A stretch of 63,850 nucleotides of DNA, filler included, from Octopus bimaculoides (lineage: Eukaryota): NCBI RefSeq assembly GCF_001194135.2. It is 6 parts of 6 records of this genome, joined end to end, with 100 filler letters (N's around TTAATTAATTAA, not from the genome) between each part and the next. Parts side by side here need not be neighbours in the genome. Positions count along the whole stretch, not along the records: positions 37,910 to 60,237 come from NC_068990.1; 5 more parts are not named here. One strand, written 5' to 3'. A program made the position numbers and the translations under genes. The notes beneath the pieces were generated by a model that was given only the letters and a program-made list of their open reading frames with translations, did no database searches and had not been told where the DNA came from. Of this stretch, positions 37,921 through 50,236 are shown piece by piece; the first letter of the stretch is position 1, and every line of letters starts with the position of its first letter.

Positions 37921-38865
37921 TCATCATCATCATCGTCGTTTAACGTCCGCTTGCCATGCTGGCATGGGTTGGACGGTTTGACTGGGGACTAGCGAGCCAG
38001 ATGGCTGCACCAGGCTCCAATCTGATCTGGCAGAGTTTCTACAGCTGGATGCCCTTCCTAACAACAACCACTCCGAGAGTGTAGTGGGTGCTTTTACGTG
38101 CCACCAGCACAAGGGCCAGTCAGGCAGTACTGGCAACGGCCATGCTCAAATGGTGTTTTCTATGTACCACCAGCACAAGCGCCAGTAAGGCAACGCTGGT
38201 AACGATCACACTCGAATGGTATTTTTTACATGCCACCGGCACGGGGGCTACACAGCGGCCCAGCCCATGATCATGCTAGGATGGTGCTCTTAGTGCTCCA
38301 CTAGCACGGATGCCAGTCATCCAGTGCTGTCATTGAATTTGATTCCAATTTCACTTGCCTCAACAGGTCTTCACAAGCATAGTTTAGTGTCCAATGGAAA
38401 AAGGTATGACTAAATGGGCTGGTTACACCACCGACATAGGCCAAAGGTTATGGACTCATTTGGCCTGCTGGGTCTTCTCAGGCACAGCATATTTCCAAAG
38501 GTCTCGGTCACTAGTCATTGCCTCGGTGAGGACTAATGTTTGAAGGTTGTGCTTCACCACCTCATCCCACGTCTTCCTTAGTCTACATCTTTCAGTTTCC
38601 CTCGACTGCTAGGGTGTGACACTTTTTCACACAGCTATCCTCATCCATTCGTACCACATGACCATACCAGCACAGTCCTCTCTCTTGCACACCATATCTG
38701 ATGCTTCTTAGGTCCAACTTTTCTCTCAAGGCACTTATACTCTGTCTAGTATGCAAACTAACATTAAACATCCAGCAGAGCATACAGGCTTCATTCCTTG
38801 CAAGCTTACTCATGTCCTCAGCAGTCATGGCCCATGTTTCACTGCCATGTAGCATGGCTGTTCAC
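37921..38865 (-). mobile_element. RTE LINE 3' ~950 bp with (GAT)n tail
   Basis: MLHGSETWAMT...WYGHVVRMDEDSCVKKC, then the 3' UTR repeats and tail. Confidence 0.9.
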
Positions 38866-39088
38866 ACAACCTTCGAACATTGGGCCTCACTGAGGCGATG
38901 ACTTCTGACCGAGACCTTTGGAAATATGCTGTGCGTGAGAAGACTCGGCAAGCCAAGTGAGACCTAAATCCAAGGCCTCTGCCAGGGGTGTAGCCAGCTC
39001 ACTTATGCGTACCTTTCCTCCATTGGACACTAAACTCCGCTTGCGAAGACCTGTTGAGGCAAGTGAAATCGAAATCGAACTAAATTCG
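38866..39088 (+). mobile_element. RTE 3' fragment in inverted orientation
   Basis: It begins with the reverse complement of ~38490-38550. Confidence 0.75.
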
Positions 39089-39769
39089 NNNNNNNNNNNN
39101 NNNNNNNNNNNNNNNNNNNNNNNNNNNNNNNNNNNNNNNNNNNNNNNNNNNNNNNNNNNNNNNNNNNNNNNNNNNNNNNNNNNNNNNNNNNNNNNNNNNN
39201 NNNNNNNNNNNNNNNNNNNNNNNNNNNNNNNNNNNNNNNNNNNNNNNNNNNNNNNNNNNNNNNNNNNNNNNNNNNNNNNNNNNNNNNNNNNNNNNNNNNN
39301 NNNNNNNNNNNNNNNNNNNNNNNNNNNNNNNNNNNNNNNNNNNNNNNNNNNNNNNNNNNNNNNNNNNNNNNNNNNNNNNNNNNNNNNNNNNNNNNNNNNN
39401 NNNNNNNNNNNNNNNNNNNNNNNNNNNNNNNNNNNNNNNNNNNNNNNNNNNNNNNNNNNNNNNNNNNNNNNNNNNNNNNNNNNNNNNNNNNNNNNNNNNN
39501 NNNNNNNNNNNNNNNNNNNNNNNNNNNNNNNNNNNNNNNNNNNNNNNNNNNNNNNNNNNNNNNNNNNNNNNNNNNNNNNNNNNCTAGAAATAGATCACAT
39601 TTTGTGTCTATTAAGACCTAAAAAGTTCTCAACATGAAATATAGCAGCATACCAAAAACGTGAGCGGGCAAGACATTTAAAATCACCTAAAAAAATCATT
39701 ATTAAACAGGAACCAGGTTTCGGATTTAACAAATTCTTACCGTAAACACACACACACATATATGAGAGT

Positions 39770-40620
39770 GAAAGGTAGACTATGATGCCTGTGTGTGAAC
39801 AGCCATGCTACAAGGCAGTGAAACATGGGCTGTAACTGCTGAGGACATGCATAGGCTTGAAAGAAATGAAGCTAGTATGCTCCACTAGATGTGTAATGTT
39901 AGTGTGCATACAGAGTGTAAGTGCCTGAGAGAACAGTTTAACATAAAAACATCAGATTTGGTGTGCAAGACAGACGATTGCACTGGTATGATCATATGTT
40001 GTGTATAGATGAGGCCAGCTGTATAAAGAAGTGTCACACCCTAACAGAGGAGGGAACCTGTGGAAGAGGTTGACTCAGATAGATGTTAGATGAGGTGGTG
40101 AAGCACGGCCTTTGAATGCTGGGCTTCACAGAGGTGATGACAAATAACCAAGACCTTTGGAGATATGCAGTGCTTGAGAAGACCCAGAAAGCCAAGTGAG
40201 ATCATAGCGTGGCCAATGCCAGTGTCACATAACTGGCCCATTTAAAAATACCCTTCAATCATCGGGCAGTATACTGTGCTTGTGAAGACCTAGTGCCGCC
40301 TGACTGGCACCCATGCCAGTGGCACGTAAAAAGTACCATTTGAGTGTGTCTGATGCCAATATTGCTAGACTGGCTCCCATGCCAGTGGCATGTAAATAGC
40401 ACCATTCAAACGTGGTCAATGCTAGTGCTGCCTGACTGGTTCCCATGCTGGTGGCAAGTAATAAGCACCATTTGAGCATGGTTGATGCCAGTGCTGCCTG
40501 ACTGGCTCCCATGCCAGTGGCAAGTAAAAAGCACTCACTACATTCTCAGAGTGGTTGTTGTTAGGAAGGGTACCCAGCTGTAGAAACTTTGCCAGATCAG
40601 ATTGGAGCCTGATGCAGCCT
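39770..40620 (+). mobile_element. RTE LINE 3' portion
   Basis: LQGSETWAVTAEDMHRLERNE, followed by the 3' UTR tandem repeats. Confidence 0.9.
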
Positions 40621-41202
40621 CCATTTTCTTTTCTTCTTTTAAGTGGATATAAACTATATGCTTAATATACACCTATTGTTTTAAGGGAATTTATTTCCCT
40701 AACAGTACTAGGTATTGAATCAGTATTTCCTTGGATGCAACCATCCCTTCACAAGGTTAACATATCCTCCATATTAAATATATATACAGCTTAATTGTTT
40801 GAAGGATTCATGTGAATCAAGGTATTTTAAAAACAAAGACACCAGGACAACTCTTGCCGGCTTCACAGCATACCCAACCAAAGGACGTAACTCCTAAAGT
40901 AATCCCCTGACCCCTTTTTCGTTTCACTAACTTTTTCACAGCAGCCACTGACCAGTTGTGCTAATCCACCTCCGACAATAGAGAACAGTCACCATATTCC
41001 CTTCCATATCGTCTAACTCTGATGAGCGTAAAGTTATATAATTGGTTTGTTACCTAACACTCCATTGTATTTTTCACGTGAAACTGATTGGTTTCACCAG
41101 CCGTGATGGATGTTTAATAATATATATATATATATATCGTCGGTAAAACATAAATTTGAAAAAGAATCATACTCTAAGTTATAAAGCAGTATATGATATA
41201 AA

Positions 41203-41404
41203 GCTAGATAAGGCAGGTTTATGGGATTACCCTAGGTTTCACGTCCATAAAGTGCTTAGCTTTCCGGCGTATCATCAGATCCCCAAAGCTAACTCACTTC
41301 AGAGGCTTATGACAATAGGTTTCAGGATCTGATGATACGCCGTAAAGCTAAACACTTTATGGACGTAATACCCAGGGTAATAGCATAAACCGGCCTTACC
41401 TAAC
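41203..41404. mobile_element. Fold-back MITE with ~80-bp inverted arms
   Basis: 41203-41282 matches the reverse complement of 41325-41404 at roughly 85% by eye. Confidence 0.85.
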
Positions 41405-42789
41405 GTTCCAAAACCCATCGCGATAGGTGAAAATCCGCGAAGTAGGAACAGTACTGTACTGTATATTTTTTTAAATTATTTTTATAACTTGTATATATTT
41501 ATTTTATTATAAATGCAAAACCACACCACAGAGGAATCGAGGTAAGCTTAAATAATAAACCGCGATATGGCGAGAGATTACTGTATATATGGAAAGAAAA
41601 TATTAGATAGAATTAAGTAAACATATTAGACACGTTTATGTTTTGTTTTCAATTTACATAAGTGTAACAATAAAATGTAATTCGTTTGCTATTAAGAGTA
41701 CAACCAATACATTCTTACATTAATATTACGTAAAAACCAGATGTAGTTAATTGAAGTCACCGCATACTCTACTTAGATTTGATTTCATCAGATCACTGGA
41801 AGACGAAAGGGCTAAATGGGAAGTTTTATTCAGATTGGGAAGAGTATATAGTTAATAAACTACTACACATGTGAATAGAATTTGAGGATCATGAACATTT
41901 TCGAATATATACAAATAATGATTTCTAATATTAATAGAAATAACCAAGATGATTTTTTAAAAATAACTATCAACTGATTCTAATATAAGATATGGGCCAG
42001 AATTTAAAGCGAAGGAAGATAGACGATTAAAATGACCATAGATTACTACTTTATTTCATCGACCCCGCTGGACAGAGGAAATACAAAGTTGACCTCAGCA
42101 GACAAGCTCTAACCTCGGAACTTAGAGTGCAAGAACAGTTTCTTTATAAGCTCGAAACATGCAAAAACTTCACGAAAAAGGGTGAGGTGGGACAAATAAC
42201 TTACATAAAATCCAAAGGAAGGGGTGAAAGACAATTAATTATAGGCAAAATTAAAGATTTCCAATAACATTCGAACGAGTAAAAAGAACAAGTAAAAACA
42301 TTAATAAGAATTTTTTTCTCCGGTAATTTTCTTTCATGTAAATAAATGTTTATGTTAATTTAAAAATCTGCCAGCAAAATCTTATCAAATGACAATGTTC
42401 TAAAAGATATACATGTTTATATGTTATATATGAAAATAAAAAAATCTCATGAGGAACACCATATGCCAAAACACGAGTCTCTGCATGTCGGTCGATCTGC
42501 TGGAAATAACAGCCAAATCATCTTTAGATCACAAATTACCGTCTTAAAAACGAAAAATTGAAATGACACGTAGTATACTCTTGGCTTAACTACATAATGC
42601 CCAATAGAAAAGGCAGGAGAGATCTCGCCGATAATATCTGGATCCGAGTTGTTCTGGGACTAAACAACATAAACAGTTGAGTGGTGGGTTACAGTGCGTG
42701 TATGTGTGATAAAAGAAAAACGTAAAAAACAAATTAAAGAATAACAAACAATAACAGCTTCATTAAGAATAAAGATATATTGGATTTAC

Positions 42790-42980
42790 CTAAAATTTGG
42801 CACATAGAGTACGAAGACAAACAACAACGTCGAGATTCCATTGCCTACTAGAAGTGGACTTAAAATCAATAATTCTTTTAGTTGATAGCGACCGAAGCCG
42901 CCTATTTTTGTCAGAATGTCTTTGTTACCCAGTAATTCTGTACGTTCGTTGACCGTCTCCTCTTCATTATCTTCGTTCAT
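42790..42980 (-). CDS. First coding exon of an SLC22-family (MFS) organic cation/anion transporter
   Basis: MNEDNEEE...DILTKIGGFGRYQ...TLLFVFVLYVPNFR matches the SLC22 N-terminus (GxFGRYQ, TM1, then P.xRC). It ends at AG|GTAAAT, a phase-2 donor. Confidence 0.85.
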
Positions 42981-43399
42981 TTTGTTTGCTTTTTCTTTCT
43001 TTTTAGAGCAAAATCAATATAAATAAATCAACATACAAACAAGAATAACAAATAAACAAAACCAACAAGAAAACCTCTTGTCACATTGTATATCGTATAT
43101 CACCCTGTTTGTAAGTGCGGCGAGCAAAACATTCTGGAGGTTAACTAATTAATCACGATCAATCAAAAACTAGGAAGATGAATCGAGGACAGCAAGCATA
43201 AATTTATAATGATGATAAACGAAGAAGATAATGTTGATGGTTCTATTTTAAACGCTTGGTTCGCTGGTATTTTTTCTTTTCTTTTCTTTTTTTCTGTCCT
43301 TGTAGCACCTGTCACATTATAAGCAGTTCAATTCTTTCTGTCTTCAACGTTTGTAAACAATTCAGACCGGAAATGTGGTGACTATTTCACTGACGACTC

Positions 43400-43544
43400 C
43401 TACCACTTTACATCCACCACTACTACGACAGCAACAACAATAAAACAGAATCTACTACTACCACTACTACTGCTGCTGCTGTTACCACTACCGTCGTCAC
43501 CACCACCACCACCACCACCACTACCACCACCACCACCACCACTT

Positions 43545-43591
<47 letters not shown>

Positions 43592-43712
43592 GTCACCATC
43601 ACCACAACCACCACTACCATTACTACTAACAATACTGCTGCCAACTGCACCACAACTACTACTATATTTTTTACCAGCACAACTACAACTACCATTATCA
43701 CCACCACCACTT

Positions 43713-43771
<59 letters not shown>

Positions 43772-44060
43772 TCACCACCTACATCAACACCACTACAACG
43801 TCACCACCACCGCTGTTGAAACTATTACTACAACCACCATCACAACTATCACTACCAACACCACTACTACCACCACCACCACCACCACAATTACCATCAC
43901 CATAACTAACATCACAGCTGCTACTACTTTTTACCACCACTACTACAACTACCATCACCACAACCGCCAGCACAACTACTACCACCACAACCACCACATC
44001 TACCATCACTCTACCCATTATCACTACAGCTACAAATTCTGCTGCAACAGCATTCCCACC
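43400..44060. repeat. Compound (ACT)n/(ACC)n trinucleotide microsatellite upstream of the SLC22 start
   Basis: Direct reading of the sequence. Confidence 0.95.
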
Positions 44061-44654
44061 ACGAATATAATTTAAAAGTTTCCTCCTATTGTTTTATTTT
44101 GAAGTTTTTGTTTATTTTCAAATTTATAAAATGAGTCAAATATTTTGTAAATAGTTGCTTTTCTTGTCAACTATTTGACAACTAAGGTTCTTTTTACATA
44201 TCTTTTTTTAATTTGGTATCTATTTTATTTATATTTTTTTGTACCTTTTAGTCAGAAGGTAGGTAGAGTCCATTTTCTTTTACAGGATCTCCAAGACCTG
44301 GTAGAAGGGAAGGGGAAAACAAGAGTCTTGGCGCAAATGCTTGCGACATAGAAGATTGCATATAGGCACTCAAGGTACAAGATGGCCTTATTGAATCAAG
44401 AGGTGGTTTAAATCTATCATCTAAATATACCATAGCGGGATTACAGGACGCAACGAGCTATAACATTTACTGCAAAGTATTTGGTCTAACGTTCTAATAG
44501 TCCCTTGAATCCAATGCCTTGGTTCATTTATTTATTTATTTACCCCGGAAGAATGAAAGGCAAAGTTGACCTCAATGGGATCTGCACTCAGAGCGCAGGG
44601 ATTTAGAGCAAATGGCTCGAAACATCCTGTTAATATATTACTGGGAAAGTGAAG

Positions 44655-45270
44655 GCGGCCAGTTGGCAGAACCACTAGCACGACGGGGAAAATGCTTAGC
44701 GGCATTTCGCTCGTTTTTACGTTCTGAGTTCAAATTCCGCTGAGGTCGACTTAACTTTTCATCCTTTCGGAGTCAACAAAATAAGTACCAGTTGAGCTCT
44801 GGGGTCGATGTAATCGACGTACCAATTCACCCAAAACTGCTAGCTTTGTGCCAAAATTTGAAATTAATATATTCGAGGGCGAGCTGGCAAAATCGTTAGC
44901 ACGCCGGGCAAAATGCTTAGCGATATTTCGTTCAGATTTCAAATTCGGCCCCAGTCGACTTTACCTTTCATCATTCCGGGATCTAAAAACTAAGTACCAC
45001 TTGAGAATTGGGGTTGATGTAATCAACTGGACCCCACTCTCAACATTTCAGGTCTCGTTCCTGTTGTAGAGGCGGCGAGCTGACAGAATCGTTAGCACGC
45101 CGGATAAAATGCTAGGCGGCATTTCATCTGTCTTTACATTCATAGTTCAAATTCCGCTAAAGTTTACTTTCCATCCTTTCGAGTCGATGAAATAAGTACC
45201 AGTTGAGCACTGGGATCGATGTAATCAGCTCACCTCCTTTTTTTTAATATTTCAGGCCTTGTGCCAATAG
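44655..45270 (+). mobile_element. Three head-to-tail copies of a ~200-bp tRNA-derived SINE
   Basis: GGCGAGCTGGCA.AATCGTTAGCACGCCGG...GAGTTCAAATTCCG...CTTTCATCCTTTCG...AAGTACCAGTTGAG...GGGTCGATGTAATC starts near 44655, 44878 and 45071. Confidence 0.85.
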
Positions 45271-45499
45271 AAGCTCGTTTTATTTCATTGCTACAGTATA
45301 ATGCAAAATAGGGGTTCTCTTTTGTTTACAGTCGACCTCATATCTACACTAGCAGGACTGGGCAAGAATTGTCTTTTTTCTTTCTGCTTTGGTTTTATTG
45401 CTCATGCATGCAAATCCCTCTCTCCACCTGATGTTGTCTCCGGAAAAGACTACAGTTTTAGGCAGAGCCGCTTTAACAGCATTATTAACCCCTTCGGGC

Positions 45500-45653
45500 C
45501 AGTAGCGTAGCTAGATGGGGACGATGGGGGAAGTCTGTCCCGAACAGCGGGGAAAGCAGTTCGTCACTTTTAGGTTTGCAGTATTAGCCAGTATTGAGGG
45601 CAGTGGGATGCGGCAAAGGCTACCAAGGGTGACACACTCCAGCTATGCAACCG
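45500..45653. mobile_element. Possible hAT-type MITE
   Basis: Degenerate TIRs CAGTAGCGTAGCTAG and CCAGCTATGCAACCG. Confidence 0.35.
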
Positions 45654-46139
45654 CCCCGGACAAAGCAATATAGTAGCGTTTATAGTATATATTGACATCA
45701 ACCTGCAGCATACTTAGATTAGTATTGGGTTCCTAAAGCCATAGGATCGACTCCTCCCCCACAACATACACCTCGGGGTATGTAATTATGCATATGGCTC
45801 TAAGACCGATACAGCTTGGCACCAGCGTCGTCAAAGGGTGGAAGCAAATTCTGCCGCACATCTCTACCGATGATCTAACATTTCTGCCAATCTATCACTC
45901 TGTATTGGCACCTTTTTTAAAAAAAATTTTATTAACGATTCCAAAAGCTTGAAAGGCAAAGTGAACTGTGACGGGATTTAAATACAGAGTGCAGCGAGTC
46001 AGTGCAAATAACGTGAGGTATTCTAGTTCAATACTCTAATGATTCTGCCAAATCACTGCTTTACTACAGAGTCTCTATAGATTTCAGCCAACTATGTAAT
46101 AGATAGATTTGAACATTCTGTCTTTAGATACATACATAG

Positions 46140-46520
46140 TCATCATAGAGGTCAGCGGTACTTCTCATGCGAATATCTCTTTGAAAATCAAAGAGAAATA
46201 GGATAACTACGAACAACAGCTTAGAAACTTTCAGTTTCAATATCCAGATTATAAAGTTACAAAAGTTTCATTTATACCGATAATAATTCGAGTATTTGGT
46301 TTTGTAAGTAAATGCTTGAGAGACCATCTGGATAAGCTAGAGTTTTCAGGAAAAGAAATCAATCAGTTCACTCTCACAAAGCAAATAAGTCTGTAAGTGG
46401 AACAGTAAAAATGTGTGAGACTTTTCTCACGTTCAAGAAACATTCCAACGACAGAACTTTGTCTCTGAGTAAGAAATCAACTCGTTCCTTACAGGGGGAT
46501 TTCTAACCAAAAGCAGAAGA
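46140..46520 (+). mobile_element. R4/Dong-clade non-LTR 3' end (REL endonuclease C-terminus plus 3' UTR)
   Basis: IIEVS...IKEK.DNYE...YPDYK...FIPIII...SGTVKMCETFLTF. Confidence 0.75.
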
Positions 46521-46521
46521 G

Positions 46522-46569
<48 letters not shown>

Positions 46570-46570
<1 letters not shown>

Positions 46571-48487
46571 TATTGTCCTTGCATTACACCCAGCATTGAT
46601 GGTGATACCCTTGTAACTGATTCAGAAACTTCAGGATGGAAAAGTGGAAAAGCACCTGGAAAAGATTTGATTTTTGGATATTGGTACAAGAAGCTAACCT
46701 TCTACCGACTATATCTTATCAACCTGTGCCAGCAAGCTCTCAATGGAAATAGTAGATTACCACACTGGTTTTCTCTGTGGCAGAGACAAAACTGATCTCC
46801 AAATGCAGAACCATCCACATGGCAAATAAACTATCGGCCAAATGCATGCTAGAACTTAATGTACAAAATATATACAGCATGTTTAAACCTCTTCCACCAA
46901 GACCATTGTGAAAGCAATAACATCACAGCAGAACAAGCAGCTGGGAAGAAGGGAGTCTGGGGATATGCTGAGCAATTGTTAATAAACAAAACTGTAATGT
47001 TAGAAGTGCGGGAGCATAGAAGGAACGTGGTTAGACGACAAGAAAACCTTTGACTATACTCCCCGCTTATGGATGCAAGAAGCCCTTCAATTTGCTAAAG
47101 TTTCAGTGAACATAGTCAAACCATAGCTGATTTGACTTCTTCTTGGTCCACCATCTTGAAATTAAACACAGAAACTGTATTATCACTGATAGAATATAGT
47201 ATCGCAGAGGCATATTCTAAGGGGACAGCCTCTCTGTGATGTTATTTATACTTTTTGTAAGCTCCTTGTCATTCATGTCAAGGAAGTCTGAAGGATATCG
47301 CACCGGTTTATAAGGAAACAGAAATACCAAAATTACTCACAGTTTCTTTGTGGATGACTTGAAACTATATGCTAAGAAAATGCACAAGATGAAAAAGTGC
47401 CTTGACCTAGTTACAATATTCTCAAAGGATAGAGGGTGGAATTTGGTCAGGATAAATGTTACTATATGGTTGTGAAAAGAGAGAAAACTGTAAACTAGAT
47501 TAGCAACATCTCCATCAATGATTTAACTGTTTCCCCTATATCTGATGAGGAATGTTACAGGTATCTAGTGGTGGATGAAAACATATCTTACAATGGCACC
47601 TGTAACAAAACACGTGTCACTAAAGAATATTACAGCCGAATAGAGAAAACTTGGACCTCGGAAGTCTCTGTATCCAATAAAACAGTGGCCCACAATGCAT
47701 TTGCTGTACCAGTACTCATACCAACATTTGGGCTGCTTGATTTAACGTTTGATGAGATCCGAGCCATTGATGTGAAAATCCTGAAGATACTAACAAGCAC
47801 ACATAATCTCCACATCCACAGTGATGTAGACCGCCTCTACCTAAAACGAAAAAAAAAAAAGGCGGCAGAGGCTTTACATCGATCCAAACTGCTTTAAATG
47901 TCGTATCACATCTCTTCGGTAACATCTTTTAATCACCAAGCGTTGAAGTGCAGCCCTTAACCAAGTTTGCATACATGCGGATAATAACATCATAAGACTT
48001 GGAAAGCAGCTTTTTGAGCAGCATTCTTTGTCTTATAACCTGAAATAAATGCCCAAAGAAGTCGCACGATTTCTACCGCAACATATCAACAGATGAAAGG
48101 ATGAGCGTATATGAGCAGAAGACCATGAATGGATATGTTAGTAGAAAACAGAGATGATACTAACGTTAATCATCAAAGCAGTCTATTATGGACCAACAAC
48201 CGGATTACTAGCTCCGACTCTGAAGGGTATACGTTTGCGATCCAGGAACGGGAAATATCAACCAAATGGCTGGTGCACAAAAGGAACAGAGATGCAGGAA
48301 AGGCAGTAAAATGTGACGACTGATGAAAACTTTGTCCGAAAATGTCATCACGGTATTATCTGTCGATGAGACATAATGTAGTTAGGACACTGTATAACGA
48401 GATCCATTGAAAGGATAACCCTGAGTACAAAGAAATAAGAACCCACAGTATGGTGGAAGCCATAACCACTCATAATAAAAAGGAGTA
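46570..48487 (+). mobile_element. R4/Dong-clade non-LTR element, RT to CCHC region, decayed and truncated by a pogo insertion
   Basis: GVWGYAEQLLINK, FFVDDLKLYAK, HNAFAVPVLIPTFG, SDVDRLYLKRK and EGYTFAIQE. Confidence 0.85.
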
Positions 48488-50236
48488 GGGGAAACCGGGG
48501 CAAGATGGACCACTGGGGTAAAACGGACCAGCTCCATTTTAGACATATAGATGGGACTTAACCGTCATGAACACTTTCTAAGTCAAAGTTACTTCCCTTC
48601 GATCTCACATCCCGAAAGTTGCATTTTGGCGGCATATTTCACGATACAGGAAGAAAAATAGTGAAATGCAAGTCTTCAATGTAAGTATTGCTTTGAAATA
48701 TATCATGTTAATGAAATAAATACCAACACCTTAGGTAAGTATGCTCTATCATGTTTTGAAACATTTCAAATGTCAATGTTTAAGCAGCAACAGCCTTGAT
48801 TATTCCTTAGGTTTGAATGCAGAGCAGACATATTTTTGTTGTAACCTGAATGGGGCGAAACGGACCAAAGTGTGTTGGGGCAAAACGGTCCACTGTCCCG
48901 TTTTGCCCCATATGTGTGTATGTTTATTTGTGTGTGCATGTGTGTTTGTGTATGTATGCATATACGTGTGCATGTGTGTGTATGCGGGTGTTTGTATGGG
49001 TGTATGTGTATGCAAATGCAAGGGTATGCATGTGTGTTTTTGTAAATGTGTGTGCATGTGCGTGTGTGTGCAGGGGTGTATGTGCAGGGTGTGTGTGTAA
49101 AGGTTTGTGTGCAGGGATGTGAGCGCCGGTGTCAGTGTGGGTGTGAGCACGCATGAGTTTTATCTCACTTTCTTCATCCCATTTTGTTTATTATTTTCAG
49201 ATGGTAAGAAATTAACATTCGTAAAACTGGAAGAGGCTCTTGGACTCCAGATAAGCTACAAGCAGCCATGCAATCTGTTCGACAAGGAAGTTCTCTTCGC
49301 CAGGCAGCAAAACAGTACGAAATCCCCAAGACAACCCTGAAGAGACAACCGGAAGGCAAAGTGTCTTCTCCTGGCCAGCTTTCTTTAGGGCATTTTCAGC
49401 CAACACCAAAGAATTTTGAAGAGGAACTACTAGAGCACTGCGTCTACCTGCAACGGACTTTTTATTGTCTCACTTCAAGAGGTTTGCGTTCCTTGGCTTT
49501 TGAGGTTGCTGAGGCCAACAAGGTCTCTCATGAATTCAATAAAGAAAAAAGAGAAACTGGAGCAGACTGGCTGGTTTGTTTTTTAAAGCGTCACCCAACA
49601 CTGAGCTTGCGCACTGTTCAGTCAACGAGTATTGGTCGTGCAGCAGCATTCAACAGGGTCCAGGTTGGCAGATTTTTTTGATGTTCTAAAAGATGTTTAC
49701 CAGCAGCACCATTTCACAGCAGATCGGATTTTCAACATGGCTGAAACAGGTCTGCCCTCAGCGCAGAGAGTTCCAAAAAAGTTACCTTACTGAAAAGAGC
49801 GAAGCAGATTAGATGAATTGTTAGTGCTGAGAAAGGATGAACTGTGACAGCTTTGTGTGCAATGAGCGTCACCGGGCATTTCATACCGCCTGCATTTATC
49901 TTCAAGAGGACGCGCATAGCCGACCCATTGCTTCATGGTGCACCAGAAGGTTCAGTTGCCTATGGAAGTAAAAATGAATGGATTGATCTGGAAATATTTT
50001 CTAAGTGGCTACGTCATTTCATTCAACATATAAATCTATCTACTGAGAGAAAAGTGCTCCTCCTTTTGGACAATCACATCAGCCACATTAACTTGGATGC
50101 AATTGAGCATGCTTGCAAGCATGGCGTAGTCATGGTATCAGTTCCACCTCATACCAGCCACAAGCTTTAGTCCTTAGACAGGACCTTTTTGCGCCCCTCA
50201 AAACTTTTTATCACCAGGAAGTTGAGAAAAATTATT
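48488..50236 (+). mobile_element. pogo/Fot1-like DNA transposon (psq HTH, CENP-B HTH, DDE_1), 3' truncated
   Basis: It starts after TA with GGGGAAACCGGGGCAAG. The transposase from 49201 reads LRQAAKQYEIPKTTL, WLVCFLKRHP, PPAFIFK, LLLLDNHISH and PPHTSHKL. Confidence 0.9.

Noticed and set aside
43423-44024. Poly-Val ORFs
   Set aside because: They are translations of trinucleotide microsatellites.
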